Assembly: GCA_946641515.1 (NCBI GenBank)
Contig: CAMPBT010000003.1
Coordinates: 140,120 to 204,119 of the forward strand
Source: an uncultured Bacillales bacterium
GTDB taxonomy: Bacteria > Bacillota_I > Bacilli_A > RFN20 > CAG-449
Reading direction: 5' to 3'
Length of the DNA: 64,000 nucleotides
Position numbers and translations under genes: made by a program. The notes under the pieces are model-generated. The model had not been told where the DNA came from. It did not search any database and saw nothing but the letters and a program-made list of their open reading frames with translations. The number at the start of each line of letters is the position of its first letter. Positions within the stretch are counted from its first letter, which is position 1. This document shows, in pieces, positions 48,292-58,296 of this stretch.

Positions 48292-49632
48292 TTATAATTG
48301 AGCAACTTTATCAAGTTGTTCCCAATCGATTTCTTTTCCGTTATATGAATTAGAAGAATAATCCCAATATGGATCAATTTCTTTATGTTCCTCATCAGAG
48401 AATAAACCTAATTTATTTTTCTTAGCGTATGCAAATGCGTTATTGAAATATGAAGCATATGGTACATCTTTATAGACTAATTCGTCTGATAAATCACCAG
48501 TATTACATTTTTCTGAATAACCATTTAATGTAGTTAAGAAGTTTGAGCAAATCCATTTTCCACGATAGTCATTACCTTTAACATCATATGCATTATGAAC
48601 AAAGACAAAGCCCATCATACGACCATATGTTTCAGTAATTTTACCACCGACATTAGAAACGACTGCAATTTCTTCTGCTGACTTTAATAATTTACCTGTG
48701 AATTCTTTAGCAACATAACCATATTCTTGAATATTTCCAGAATATGATTCAGCTGTATCGATAACTTCAAATCTAACGCTATCACTCTTAACATAAGTAG
48801 ATAAAGCAACAGATTGACCACCTAATTTAACAGTTTTAGGATGACTAAATTTAGCAGTATCGCCATCTACTGCAGAACTTAATGTTGATAAAATAGCACC
48901 ACCATTACCAAGAACTACATTGTTATCTCCATACTTTAAGAAATCTTTTTGGAAATAAGAATTGTCAATTTGAGGGCCAAGAAGTAATTCTTCAGGTGTA
49001 ACTGAGTTATCAACATTACCTAAATAATTCATATTATCAACACCATATTCAATCCAAGAATATGAATCCCATGATAATGAATCATTAGTTAATGTTTCAG
49101 GATTTAAATGATCTACTTTTCTAACATATGTAGTGTCTTTACCCCAATCTAATACTTTACCGATATTGCCAAGAACATCAACAACTTTACCATTGTGAGC
49201 AAGACCTAAAGATTGCTTTCCACGGAATTTAATTGTTGTAGAAGCATCACCCTTATTCCATAAATCAGTAGTAGCAGTATCAGAAACAATAACAAAAGTC
49301 TTCTTTGCTTCTAATGTACCAGATAATTTAACTGATGAAGTTGGTTTAATTGTATTAGCACCAGCTTTTGTATAGTAATAAATTTCATATTCACTTAAAT
49401 CAACAGTTTCATCGCTGAAATTGTAAATTTCTAAAGCTCTATTTTTATCATCACTACCAGAACCTTCAAAATATTCTGAGAAAATTAATTTAGTATCAGA
49501 TGAATATGTAGTAGAAGCAGGTAATGTACCTTCTGCTAATGCAACTAATTCTTTTCTATTCTCTCCACAAGAAGTAATGCATGGGAGTATCAATGCAAGT
49601 GTGAGAGGTAAGATAAATTTTTTATTTTTCAT
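48292..49632 (-). CDS. Lipoprotein with lamin-tail domain and thermonuclease (SNase) domain
   Basis: Lipobox ITSC; LIFSEYFEG...ALEIYN...VDLSEY (LTD); VDGDT, VRFEVIDTAE, TYGRMMG, AKKNKLGLF (SNase catalytic residues). Confidence 0.88.
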   Translation of the reverse strand: MKNKKFILPLTLALILPCITSCGENRKELVALAEGTLPASTTYSSDTKLIFSEYFEGSGSDDKNRALEIYNFSDETVDLSEYEIYYYTKAGANTIKPTSSVKLSGTLEAKKTFVIVSDTATTDLWNKGDASTTIKFRGKQSLGLAHNGKVVDVLGNIGKVLDWGKDTTYVRKVDHLNPETLTNDSLSWDSYSWIEYGVDNMNYLGNVDNSVTPEELLLGPQIDNSYFQKDFLKYGDNNVVLGNGGAILSTLSSAVDGDTAKFSHPKTVKLGGQSVALSTYVKSDSVRFEVIDTAESYSGNIQEYGYVAKEFTGKLLKSAEEIAVVSNVGGKITETYGRMMGFVFVHNAYDVKGNDYRGKWICSNFLTTLNGYSEKCNTGDLSDELVYKDVPYASYFNNAFAYAKKNKLGLFSDEEHKEIDPYWDYSSNSYNGKEIDWEQLDKVAQL

Positions 49633-49706
49633 AATAACTCCTTTAAGATAGATAAAGTAGATACCCTAAAAAGAGTATCTACTATTATTATTTAATTATT
49701 GTTAGA

Positions 49707-51578
49707 TTATTCAACTGTATAGAAACTTACAACAAAGTAATCTGTAGCATTCTTGACTGCACCAACATTAGTATATTTATTAGTATTACTTGTACCAATA
49801 AATTGGTCTTTATTGTCGTAAACTGTTTTTACAGACTTTGTAGCAGCATCCCATGTATAAACTGAACTTGCTGTTTTTTCAAAATAAATTCCAACATATG
49901 ATTTTCCTTCTTGTTTATAGAGGTTAACATATGATTTTACACCACTAACTGTTGAAGCTAAATTAAAACCACCAGTGACTTCTTCAATTGTAAAATCAGC
50001 ACTTTGTGAAATACTTGTAGTTGATCCTGCATAAGTTCCAGCCATAGCACCAGTTAAGAAATAAATATCTTCACCTTTGTTAGTATTAACAATACCAACT
50101 TTATATGTTTTGCCTGCTTCAACATTTTCTACTTTTTTAACATTTACAGAACTTGCTTTAATTTCAAAATCTTTTGTAAATGGTGTATCTGCGCCATATT
50201 CAACATTTAATTTTAATGTTGCTTTTCTTTCTTGTTCAGTTGGCTTAATTGTTAATTTGCCATTTGCTAATGTAAAGATATTTGAATCTGCACCATCTGC
50301 TAATGACCAAGTAGCAGTTACACCTGGGAACTTAGTTGCATCTAAAGATGGTAAAGTGACTTCTGTATCTTTTGTAACATTTGATGGAATTTCAACACTT
50401 GATACTAAAGCATTTTGGATTAATGTAACTTTTTGTTCTGCTGTTAATGATGCAAAGTTAAATGAAGGAGCTTTACCTGTGAAATAGAATCTTGTACCAT
50501 TTTCTGGTTTGCCAAATTTCACATCACCAACTTTACCACAATCATAACCTGTGTAATTTCTCCATAAACCATATACAGAGAATTCAACATCAAGAGTTAA
50601 ACCAGCAACTGATGCTAATTCTTTCATAACACCATCAAATCCATCATAACCAAGTAAGAACTTAGTATTATCTGTTGGATCGACAAGTAAAATCTTATCT
50701 GTTGATGTTTTTACAACTTTTGCGTTTGCTTTATATTTTGTAACGAATTCACCTGAAGGTTGTGCAAAGCCATCAGCATATGCATTTAATTTATTAACTA
50801 AATCTTTGATTGTTGTAGGTGTTGTTGCAGTATTAACTGTATTTGTTGTGTTATCATCAACAATATCATATGTTGGAGTAACACCTTCTGGTAAACCATA
50901 ATAACGATATGCACTAATTGCAGTGATAGATAATTTATTACCAACTTCAACGTTCTTAGCAATATTTGTATCGTAAATGTAGAATTCTGCTGATTCATCA
51001 GCGACAACTACACCAGAAGAAGCTTTTTCAACAACGACAACTTGGTTCTTTAAGCCAAATCTTACTGCAGTATCTTTTGCATTTGCACCATCACATGTAG
51101 CTAATGCAGCAGCGATAGTATCATATTGAGTAACGTTTTCACGTTCTGGAACTGTGAATTCAAATGCTTTTGATCTTGTTGCACCATTAACAGTGATTGA
51201 AGCTGTTAAGTGCATCTTTGATTCACCTGATCCTGGTTCTGTTAAAGTAACTTTAATTCTTGTCTTACCATCTTTTGCTTTAACTTCTTCAACTTTTGCA
51301 GAATCACCATAAGCTGTCCAGGTAATTGGGTATGATGTTTCTCCATAAACTACTGCTGAAACAACTTTGAATGATGAAGTAACAGTTTGTTTATTTTCAT
51401 TTAATAAAACTCTTTTTAAGATTGTATCTGCTAATTTTTCATCTTCAGTTGCAGCTGCTTCCTGAGTTGGAGGAAGAATTTCAGAGTGTTGATTTGTTGA
51501 ACCATTACCACCACAACCGACTAATGAGCCGATTGTGAGGATTGATAATGCAAGTGTTAATAATTTTTTGTTTTTCAT
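49707..51578 (-). CDS. Multidomain lipoprotein (Ig-like, OB-fold-like and beta-rich C-terminal domains)
   Basis: Lipobox LVGC; ITW...LTASITVNG...FEFTV (Ig-like); VVVADESAEFYIYD...VEVGNKLSIT (OB-like); domain calls by eye. Confidence 0.6.
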   Translation of the reverse strand: MKNKKLLTLALSILTIGSLVGCGGNGSTNQHSEILPPTQEAAATEDEKLADTILKRVLLNENKQTVTSSFKVVSAVVYGETSYPITWTAYGDSAKVEEVKAKDGKTRIKVTLTEPGSGESKMHLTASITVNGATRSKAFEFTVPERENVTQYDTIAAALATCDGANAKDTAVRFGLKNQVVVVEKASSGVVVADESAEFYIYDTNIAKNVEVGNKLSITAISAYRYYGLPEGVTPTYDIVDDNTTNTVNTATTPTTIKDLVNKLNAYADGFAQPSGEFVTKYKANAKVVKTSTDKILLVDPTDNTKFLLGYDGFDGVMKELASVAGLTLDVEFSVYGLWRNYTGYDCGKVGDVKFGKPENGTRFYFTGKAPSFNFASLTAEQKVTLIQNALVSSVEIPSNVTKDTEVTLPSLDATKFPGVTATWSLADGADSNIFTLANGKLTIKPTEQERKATLKLNVEYGADTPFTKDFEIKASSVNVKKVENVEAGKTYKVGIVNTNKGEDIYFLTGAMAGTYAGSTTSISQSADFTIEEVTGGFNLASTVSGVKSYVNLYKQEGKSYVGIYFEKTASSVYTWDAATKSVKTVYDNKDQFIGTSNTNKYTNVGAVKNATDYFVVSFYTVE

Positions 51579-51611
51579 AAGTATATTTTTTCTCCCAAAA
51601 GTTACTGTTTA

Positions 51612-53081
51612 TTATTCAGCTCTTGCTGCGTATTCACATTCAGCAATTGCTTCTTCGAATGCTTGATCAATTGTTCTCTGGTTACCTAAAACCTTTGTGA
51701 TAATTGAACCAACTTCAGTTCTAGCTGTTGATGAACCAACGAATGCTGGTGAAACGAAGTAATATGGCATTTGTGCTAATGATTGTTTTTGAGCTTTAGC
51801 AATAACGCCTGCTTTTGTCTTTAATTTTGCATCTGCATCAATTTTTGAAACATAAGCTGTATCTTCTTGAGCAGCTTTTAATGCTGGAATATAACCAGAT
51901 TGTTGAGCATATGCAATTTGAACATCTTTTGAAAGTAAGAACTTGATTAATTCCCAAGTTGCTTTGTTTTGTTGTTCACCTTTTTCAAACATACATACTG
52001 ATGGACCTTGTGAGATAACAGCATTTGTTCCACCTTCACCTGCTTGAGGGATTAATGTAACGCCTGTTTCGAAATCTGCTGAGTATTGATATTGAGCACC
52101 ACCAGTTGAACCAATACACATATAGCATTTTTCATCTGTTTTTGATGAGAATAATGATGATGTGTATGAACCGTATAATGTTTGTGTTGTAAAGTAACCA
52201 TTTGTTAAGTACTGGTTAGCTAAACCTTGAATCATAGTTTTTGCGGATTCGTTATTGAAATCGAATTTGCCTTCTGTATTTGTATAACCGAAGCCATACT
52301 GTTTTGCAAGTTCAATGAATAAGTTAGATTCTGAGTCAATACCTAGTGGAATTGAGTTTGGTTTGATTGATAAAATCTTGCCACATGTATCCCACATTTC
52401 ATCCCATGTTGTAGGAACTTTTGTGATACCTGCATTTTTAGCTTCATCTGAATTGAAGAAATCAACATTGTAATATAATGCTTCTGTTGATTTAGCAAAT
52501 GGTAAAGAATACATATGACCATCACCGAATGCAGCACCTTCAACGTAGAAGTTTGAAGCAATTGATGAAGCAAAGCCTTCTTCTGATTCAATGAAGTTGT
52601 CTAAGTGAGCAACAACACCAGCTTGGTTATATAAAGCGATGTGGTCTGGGTAGCAGAATGCTAAATCTGGTTGACCACCTGTTGGAATGTTTGTAATAAC
52701 TGATTCACGTAATGCATCATAGTTACCAACTGTAGTTAATTTAACTTCAATTCTTGGGCTACCTGATACAGAACCATCAAATCCTGGAAGATATTTTCCA
52801 TCAACTAATCTATCAGTAATAACTTTTTGTAATTCATGACCCATTGTTGACTGGAATGTAACTGTGTATGATTTTTCTGTAAATGATGAAGCAACTTTTG
52901 CGTTTCTACCATTTTTTTCAAGTTCAACTGTTGAAGAACCTGATGAAGTTCCATCTTCATATTTTTCTGTTAAAGGTTTTAAATCCCATGTAGAACCTTT
53001 TGCATTGTTAATTTGAGTGCCACATGATGTGACTGATAGCATTGCAACTGATAAAATTGCAAGTCCGAGTTTTTTCTTCAT
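51612..53081 (-). CDS. ABC transporter substrate-binding lipoprotein (family 1)
   Basis: Lipobox VTSC; QPDLAFCYPD, SLPFAKSTEALYYN, VPTTWDE, SQGPSVCMF. Confidence 0.9.
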   Translation of the reverse strand: MKKKLGLAILSVAMLSVTSCGTQINNAKGSTWDLKPLTEKYEDGTSSGSSTVELEKNGRNAKVASSFTEKSYTVTFQSTMGHELQKVITDRLVDGKYLPGFDGSVSGSPRIEVKLTTVGNYDALRESVITNIPTGGQPDLAFCYPDHIALYNQAGVVAHLDNFIESEEGFASSIASNFYVEGAAFGDGHMYSLPFAKSTEALYYNVDFFNSDEAKNAGITKVPTTWDEMWDTCGKILSIKPNSIPLGIDSESNLFIELAKQYGFGYTNTEGKFDFNNESAKTMIQGLANQYLTNGYFTTQTLYGSYTSSLFSSKTDEKCYMCIGSTGGAQYQYSADFETGVTLIPQAGEGGTNAVISQGPSVCMFEKGEQQNKATWELIKFLLSKDVQIAYAQQSGYIPALKAAQEDTAYVSKIDADAKLKTKAGVIAKAQKQSLAQMPYYFVSPAFVGSSTARTEVGSIITKVLGNQRTIDQAFEEAIAECEYAARAE

Positions 53082-53110
53082 AAATTTTTTTGTTTCCTTT
53101 TCCTTTTTTA

Positions 53111-54094
53111 CTATCCTTTTGTACCGCTTCTAGATACGCCTCTAATGATGTATTTTCTAAAGAATAAGAATACAAGGAATAAAGGTGTTGAAACGATAAC
53201 ACAAGCAGCCATCTGGATAGGATAGTTAGTATTACCAGTGGAGCTAGCAGCTCTATCAGCAGCTGAGACGAATGATGAGTTTCTTAACCATACAGAGATG
53301 AGCCAGAAGTTCTTATCGTCGTTAACTAACTGACACCAAATGTATGAGTTCCATGCACCCATCATCTTTAAGATGGTGATAGAAATAATTGAAGGCATTG
53401 CAAGTGGAATCATAACTTTTAATAAGTATTTGAAGTCTGATGCGCCATCAACTTTAGCTGCGTAATATAATTCATCAGGAATTTGTTTAAAGTTCTGTCT
53501 TAATAAATAGATGTAGAATACTGACACTAAGAATGGAACTATTAATACCTGATATGAGTTTTTCCAACCTAATGTTGAAACAGTTGCATAGTTTGTAATT
53601 GTGAATAATTCACCAGGAATCATCATTGTCATAAGTAAAACTGCAAACAATGTATCTCTTCCCCTGAATTTTAATCTAGCAAATGCATAAGCTGCTAAGA
53701 TTGTAATAACAATTGAAAGAAGTGTAGAAACAACTGCAACACCTAATGTGTTAATAAGTGCTCTCCAGAATCCTTCAACCTGTAAAGCTTCAGCATAGTT
53801 TCCCCAGCAGAATTCATGTGGGAAGAATGTTGGAATAACTAAACGATATTCTGTATCTGTTTTTAATGATGAAATAATCATCCAATAGAATGGGAATATT
53901 GTAATAAATGCAAAGAAAATTAAGAAGACATATGTTACTGTTTTAACCGTAATTTCTTTTGCTTTTTGTCTTTTTTGTAAAGTTTCTAAATCTGTATTAG
54001 TAATAGTAGCAATCTTATTGTTTTGTGAATAAGATTTCTTTTGAGTTTTTACAGATTCGACTTCTTCAGTTTTGACTTTGTTATCTACTTCCAT
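53111..54094 (-). CDS. CUT1 ABC transporter permease (MalG-like)
   Basis: AAYAFARLKFRG, EAA-like loop ELYYAAKVDGAS. Confidence 0.93.
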   Translation of the reverse strand: MEVDNKVKTEEVESVKTQKKSYSQNNKIATITNTDLETLQKRQKAKEITVKTVTYVFLIFFAFITIFPFYWMIISSLKTDTEYRLVIPTFFPHEFCWGNYAEALQVEGFWRALINTLGVAVVSTLLSIVITILAAYAFARLKFRGRDTLFAVLLMTMMIPGELFTITNYATVSTLGWKNSYQVLIVPFLVSVFYIYLLRQNFKQIPDELYYAAKVDGASDFKYLLKVMIPLAMPSIISITILKMMGAWNSYIWCQLVNDDKNFWLISVWLRNSSFVSAADRAASSTGNTNYPIQMAACVIVSTPLFLVFLFFRKYIIRGVSRSGTKG

Positions 54095-54105
54095 AAAACC
54101 TCCTA

Positions 54106-55023
54106 TTAATAATGTACCTTCTTAGATCCAACCCATCTTGAGAACATTGTGAATACTAAGATAATAGCGAATAAGATTAATGCACCTGCTGCAGCTCTAC
54201 CGAACTCAGCTAATGCGATTTGGTTATAAATGAAACCAACCATTGTGTTCATATCAATTGAGTTTAAATCGTTACCGAAAACAGCGACTGAAGCTGTATA
54301 TTCTTTGAATGAACCAATGAAACCTGTAATTAATACGTATGCAATCATAGGTGAAAGCATAGGTACTGTAATTCTCCAGAATGTCTTTGCTTTTGTAGCG
54401 CAGTCAATCTTTGCTGCATCGTAATATTGTTTATTAACACTCTGTAACGCACCAAGTAAAATCATAATTTTAAATGGTAAAGCGTTCCAAATAATGTAAA
54501 CACAAAGAACGAACATTCTAGTAAAGTGAGAAGCATTTGAACCGCCAATCATACTAATATTAATCCAGTTAATTTTAGTACCAAAGATTGTGTTAATGAC
54601 ACCGACAGTAGTAAATCTACTTGGTGTACCAATTACTGAGAACATAACAGCGAATACCATACCAATAGCAATAGTGTTAGTTACGTATGGTAAGAAGAAA
54701 ATTGTTTGTAAAATCTTTTGTAATGGTCTAATTGAGTTAAGTGCTACGGAAATTAATAGCGCAAGCATTGTTGAAATTGGAACAGTTACAATAGTAACAA
54801 TGATTGTGTTGTATAAACATGATGTGAACTTAGGATAATTGAATGCATCAATAAAGTTCTGAATACCAAATTCAAAAGTTTGGTTTGTAGCTTTTAATGG
54901 GTTATATCCATTTAAGAAAGTAATACCGATTGTCTTAAAAAATGGATAAAATGTAAAAACTGCCATTAATATCAATGCTGGTGCTAAGAAGATCCATCCT
55001 TTCCATTGATGTTTAGCTTCCAT
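54106..55023 (-). CDS. CUT1 ABC transporter permease (MalF-like)
   Basis: FFLPYVT, YYDAAKIDCA, ITVPMLSP. Confidence 0.93.
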   Translation of the reverse strand: MEAKHQWKGWIFLAPALILMAVFTFYPFFKTIGITFLNGYNPLKATNQTFEFGIQNFIDAFNYPKFTSCLYNTIIVTIVTVPISTMLALLISVALNSIRPLQKILQTIFFLPYVTNTIAIGMVFAVMFSVIGTPSRFTTVGVINTIFGTKINWINISMIGGSNASHFTRMFVLCVYIIWNALPFKIMILLGALQSVNKQYYDAAKIDCATKAKTFWRITVPMLSPMIAYVLITGFIGSFKEYTASVAVFGNDLNSIDMNTMVGFIYNQIALAEFGRAAAGALILFAIILVFTMFSRWVGSKKVHY

Positions 55024-55025
55024 AG

Positions 55026-56261
55026 TTATTTCTCCTTGCTTTCTTCAGAGTTTTCTTTAACTTCTTCAGCTTTTTCTTTTTTCTTGAAGACACCTTTGCA
55101 CTTATTCCATGCTTTTTGGAATGCATTTTCTTTCTTTTCTTCAAGTTGAACTTGTTCTAAACCTTTCATTACAACTGGAGCATCGTATACTTTATCATCT
55201 GAGATTCTAATTTCAGTTTCTTTGTTGAATAAGAATACTTTGTGTGGTTTTAAGTTAAACTTGTATGATTTAGCGCCTGTTTCTTCAAATTCTTCAACAA
55301 TAGATCTAATTAATGGTTTTAATGAACTTTCATGAGTTGAAAGAATTGATCTTTCTCTACCCATAACTTCTAAGTGGTCGAAGTTTAAAGTTAAAACGCC
55401 ATCTTTTGCAGGAATGAATCCTTCTGGTCTAATTGCAACGTAGATTTCCTGATCTGGTAATTTTGTATCCATGATCTTTTCTTTGCCGATGTAGACGCCA
55501 CCTTTCTTAATAACACCTGCGAATGTGTTAATTGGTGGAGTGCCTAAGAATTGAGCAACGAATAAGTTGTGTGGATCATCATAAATTTCTTGTGGAACGC
55601 CAACTTGTTGAACAACACCAAGTTTCATAACAACGATAACATCACAAATTGACATAGCTTCTTCTTGGTCGTGTGTAACGAATACTGTTGTAACCTGTGT
55701 TTCTCTTTGGATTCTCTTAATTTCTTCACGAGTTTGTAATCTTAAACGAGCATCTAAGTTTGATAAAGGTTCATCAAGTAATAAGACGTCTGGTGCTTTT
55801 GCTAACGCACGAGCAATTGCGACACGCTGTTGCTGACCACCTGATAATTCGCTTGGTTTTCTATCAAGTAAGTTTTCAATTTGAACAACCTTAGCAACTT
55901 CGTGAGCTCTTTCGATACGTTCATCTTTTGGCATGCCAATGTTTTCGAGTGGGAATAAGATGTTTTGTAATACAGTCATGTGTGGATACAAAGCATAGTT
56001 TTGGAAAACAAGTCCAATTCCTCTCTTTTGTGGTTCTAGATGAGTTACATCCTTATCACCGAAAACAATACTACCTCTTGTTGGTGCAAGAAGTCCGCTA
56101 AGCATGAATAATGTAGTTGATTTACCACAACCTGAAGGGCCAAGTAAACCTACTAATGTACCAGATGGGATATCGATGCTTACATTGTTTACAGCAATAA
56201 CTTTTGAATTCTTCTTTTTGTTTTCGAATTCTTTTGTTAAACCGTCTAAAACAATTTTCAT
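55026..56261 (-). CDS. ABC transporter ATP-binding protein (MalK/MsmK-like)
   Basis: GPSGCGKST, VFQNYALYPHM, LSGGQQQRVA, LLLDEPLSNLD, VTHDQEEA. Confidence 0.97.
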   Translation of the reverse strand: MKIVLDGLTKEFENKKKNSKVIAVNNVSIDIPSGTLVGLLGPSGCGKSTTLFMLSGLLAPTRGSIVFGDKDVTHLEPQKRGIGLVFQNYALYPHMTVLQNILFPLENIGMPKDERIERAHEVAKVVQIENLLDRKPSELSGGQQQRVAIARALAKAPDVLLLDEPLSNLDARLRLQTREEIKRIQRETQVTTVFVTHDQEEAMSICDVIVVMKLGVVQQVGVPQEIYDDPHNLFVAQFLGTPPINTFAGVIKKGGVYIGKEKIMDTKLPDQEIYVAIRPEGFIPAKDGVLTLNFDHLEVMGRERSILSTHESSLKPLIRSIVEEFEETGAKSYKFNLKPHKVFLFNKETEIRISDDKVYDAPVVMKGLEQVQLEEKKENAFQKAWNKCKGVFKKKEKAEEVKENSEESKEK

Positions 56262-56332
56262 TTTTCTCCTCCTAAATAATGTAATTTCAGTAATAGTATT
56301 TAACTATTAACGATTATCAATAAGCCAAGTTA

Positions 56333-56361
56333 ATTATAATAATTAAGAAATTTCTTGTAAA
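56333..56361 (-). promoter_or_regulatory. Sigma-A promoter of the ABC operon with a spacer palindrome
   Basis: TTTACA-17-TATAAT; 12-bp palindrome AAGAAATTTCTT at 56345-56356. Confidence 0.65.
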
Positions 56362-56941
56362 GATGGCCTGAATTGACAAAATTCAAACCAAGTCAAACTA
56401 TTTTTCTCTTAAATAATTAATCAAATGCCCTTGATTATCGAGATTAATAATGAGTACAAAAAAAGCGCTCAACGACATAAAAATAGCTAGTAATTTAGAT
56501 ATTTTTTAGTTTGAGTGCTCTATGATCATTCATTATCTTCTCTACCTTTAATATATTTATTATAAATATATTGCTTTATAATTATATGATATAGAAAATA
56601 ATTAATCAATAATGAATTTACAAAAGGCCTATACATAGGCATAAATATTGTTCAAATGTTATATTTATAACAAATAATAACATTTATGAAGATCATTTTT
56701 ATATATTAAATATATAAACTAATAAAATATATAGGACTGTATTTTTACTAATAATTGGGCAATTTTTAGCCGTTTTTTTAGCAATTCTATGCAAATTAAT
56801 TAATTTATAAAAATAACTTTTTTAAAATTGTAAATTATTGTCAAAATACCTCGTTATTATATAAAAAAACCAAGTTTTATTCTCATATTATAAGCATATA
56901 AATTTAAGTATATATTAATATTTTTATATATCTTTATTTAT

Positions 56942-56973
56942 AAAAAATAGAGCCATGACGAATCATGACTCTA
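56942..56973 (-). terminator. Terminator after tuf
   Basis: TAGAGTCATGA-TTCG-TCATGGCTCTA followed by a T run. Confidence 0.85.
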
Positions 56974-57000
56974 AATAGTTAATTCAGTAAGTTAAGAAAC

Positions 57001-58185
57001 TTATTTAATGATTTCGTTAACTGTACCAGCACCAACTGTTCTACCACCTTCACGGATTGAGAACTTTGTACCTTTTTCGATAGCTACTGGGTGGATTAAT
57101 TCAACTGTGAATGTAACGTTATCACCTGGCATAACCATCTGTACGTCTGCTGGTAATTCAACAACACCAGTAATATCTGTTGTTCTGAAGTAGAATTGTG
57201 GTCTGTAACCATTTAAGAATGCTGTGTGACGGCCACCTTCTTCTTTAGTTAAAACGTAAACTGAAGCTGTGAATTTTGTGTGTGGAGTAACTGAACCTGG
57301 TTTTGCTAAAACTTGTCCACGGACGACTTGGTCTCTGTTGACACCTCTTAATAAGATACCAGCGTTGTCGCCTGCTTCTGCGAAATCTAATGTCTTTCTG
57401 AACATTTCGATACCAGTAACGACTGACTTAATTGTATCGTGGATACCAACGATTTCAACTTCGTCACCCATCTTGATAATACCTCTTTCAACTCTACCTG
57501 TAACGACTGTACCACGACCTGTGATAGTTAAAACGTCTTCGATAGCGAGTAAGAATGGTTTATCTGTATCTCTTTGTGGAGCTGGAATGTATGTATCACA
57601 TGCATTCATTAATTCCATAATTGATTCTTCATACTTTGGATCGCCGTTGATTGCTTGTAATGCTGAACCACGGATAACTGGTGTATCATCACCTGGGAAA
57701 CCGTATGAGTTAAGAACGTCTCTAACGTCCATTTCAACTAAGTCGATTAATTCTGGATCATCGACCATATCGCATTTGTTTAAGAATACAACGATGTATG
57801 GAACACCAACTTGTCTTGCAAGTAAGATGTGTTCTCTTGTTTGTGGCATAACGCCATCTGTTGCAGCTACGACAAGGATAGCACCATCCATCTGAGCAGC
57901 ACCAGTGATCATGTTTTTAACATAGTCAGCGTGGCCTGGGCAGTCTACGTGAGCGTAGTGTCTTGTTGCTGTTTGATATTCAACGTGAGCTGTGTTGATT
58001 GTGATACCACGAGCCTTTTCTTCTGGTGCAGCATCAATCTGTGCATAGTCTTTCTTTTCTGATAAACCTTTTTTTGCTAAGACTGTTGTAATTGCAGCTG
58101 TTAATGTTGTTTTTCCGTGGTCGACGTGACCAATAGTACCAATATTAACGTGAATCTTAGATCTGTCAAATTTTTCTTTTGCCAT
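57001..58185 (-). CDS. tuf: Elongation factor Tu
   Basis: [29 protein letters not shown]. Confidence 0.99.
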   Translation of the reverse strand: MAKEKFDRSKIHVNIGTIGHVDHGKTTLTAAITTVLAKKGLSEKKDYAQIDAAPEEKARGITINTAHVEYQTATRHYAHVDCPGHADYVKNMITGAAQMDGAILVVAATDGVMPQTREHILLARQVGVPYIVVFLNKCDMVDDPELIDLVEMDVRDVLNSYGFPGDDTPVIRGSALQAINGDPKYEESIMELMNACDTYIPAPQRDTDKPFLLAIEDVLTITGRGTVVTGRVERGIIKMGDEVEIVGIHDTIKSVVTGIEMFRKTLDFAEAGDNAGILLRGVNRDQVVRGQVLAKPGSVTPHTKFTASVYVLTKEEGGRHTAFLNGYRPQFYFRTTDITGVVELPADVQMVMPGDNVTFTVELIHPVAIEKGTKFSIREGGRTVGAGTVNEIIK

Positions 58186-58296
58186 TATTGAATTTCCTCC
58201 TAATTAATTTGAATTTCAACGAATTCATAATATAGCATTTTTATTGATAAATCAATAGTTTGGTATAAATAAGAACTCGCAAAGAGCCCTAAAGGA

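Noticed and set aside
56262-57000. Replication origin in the AT-rich gap
   Set aside because: No TTATCCACA-type DnaA boxes were noticed and there is no dnaA/dnaN in the window
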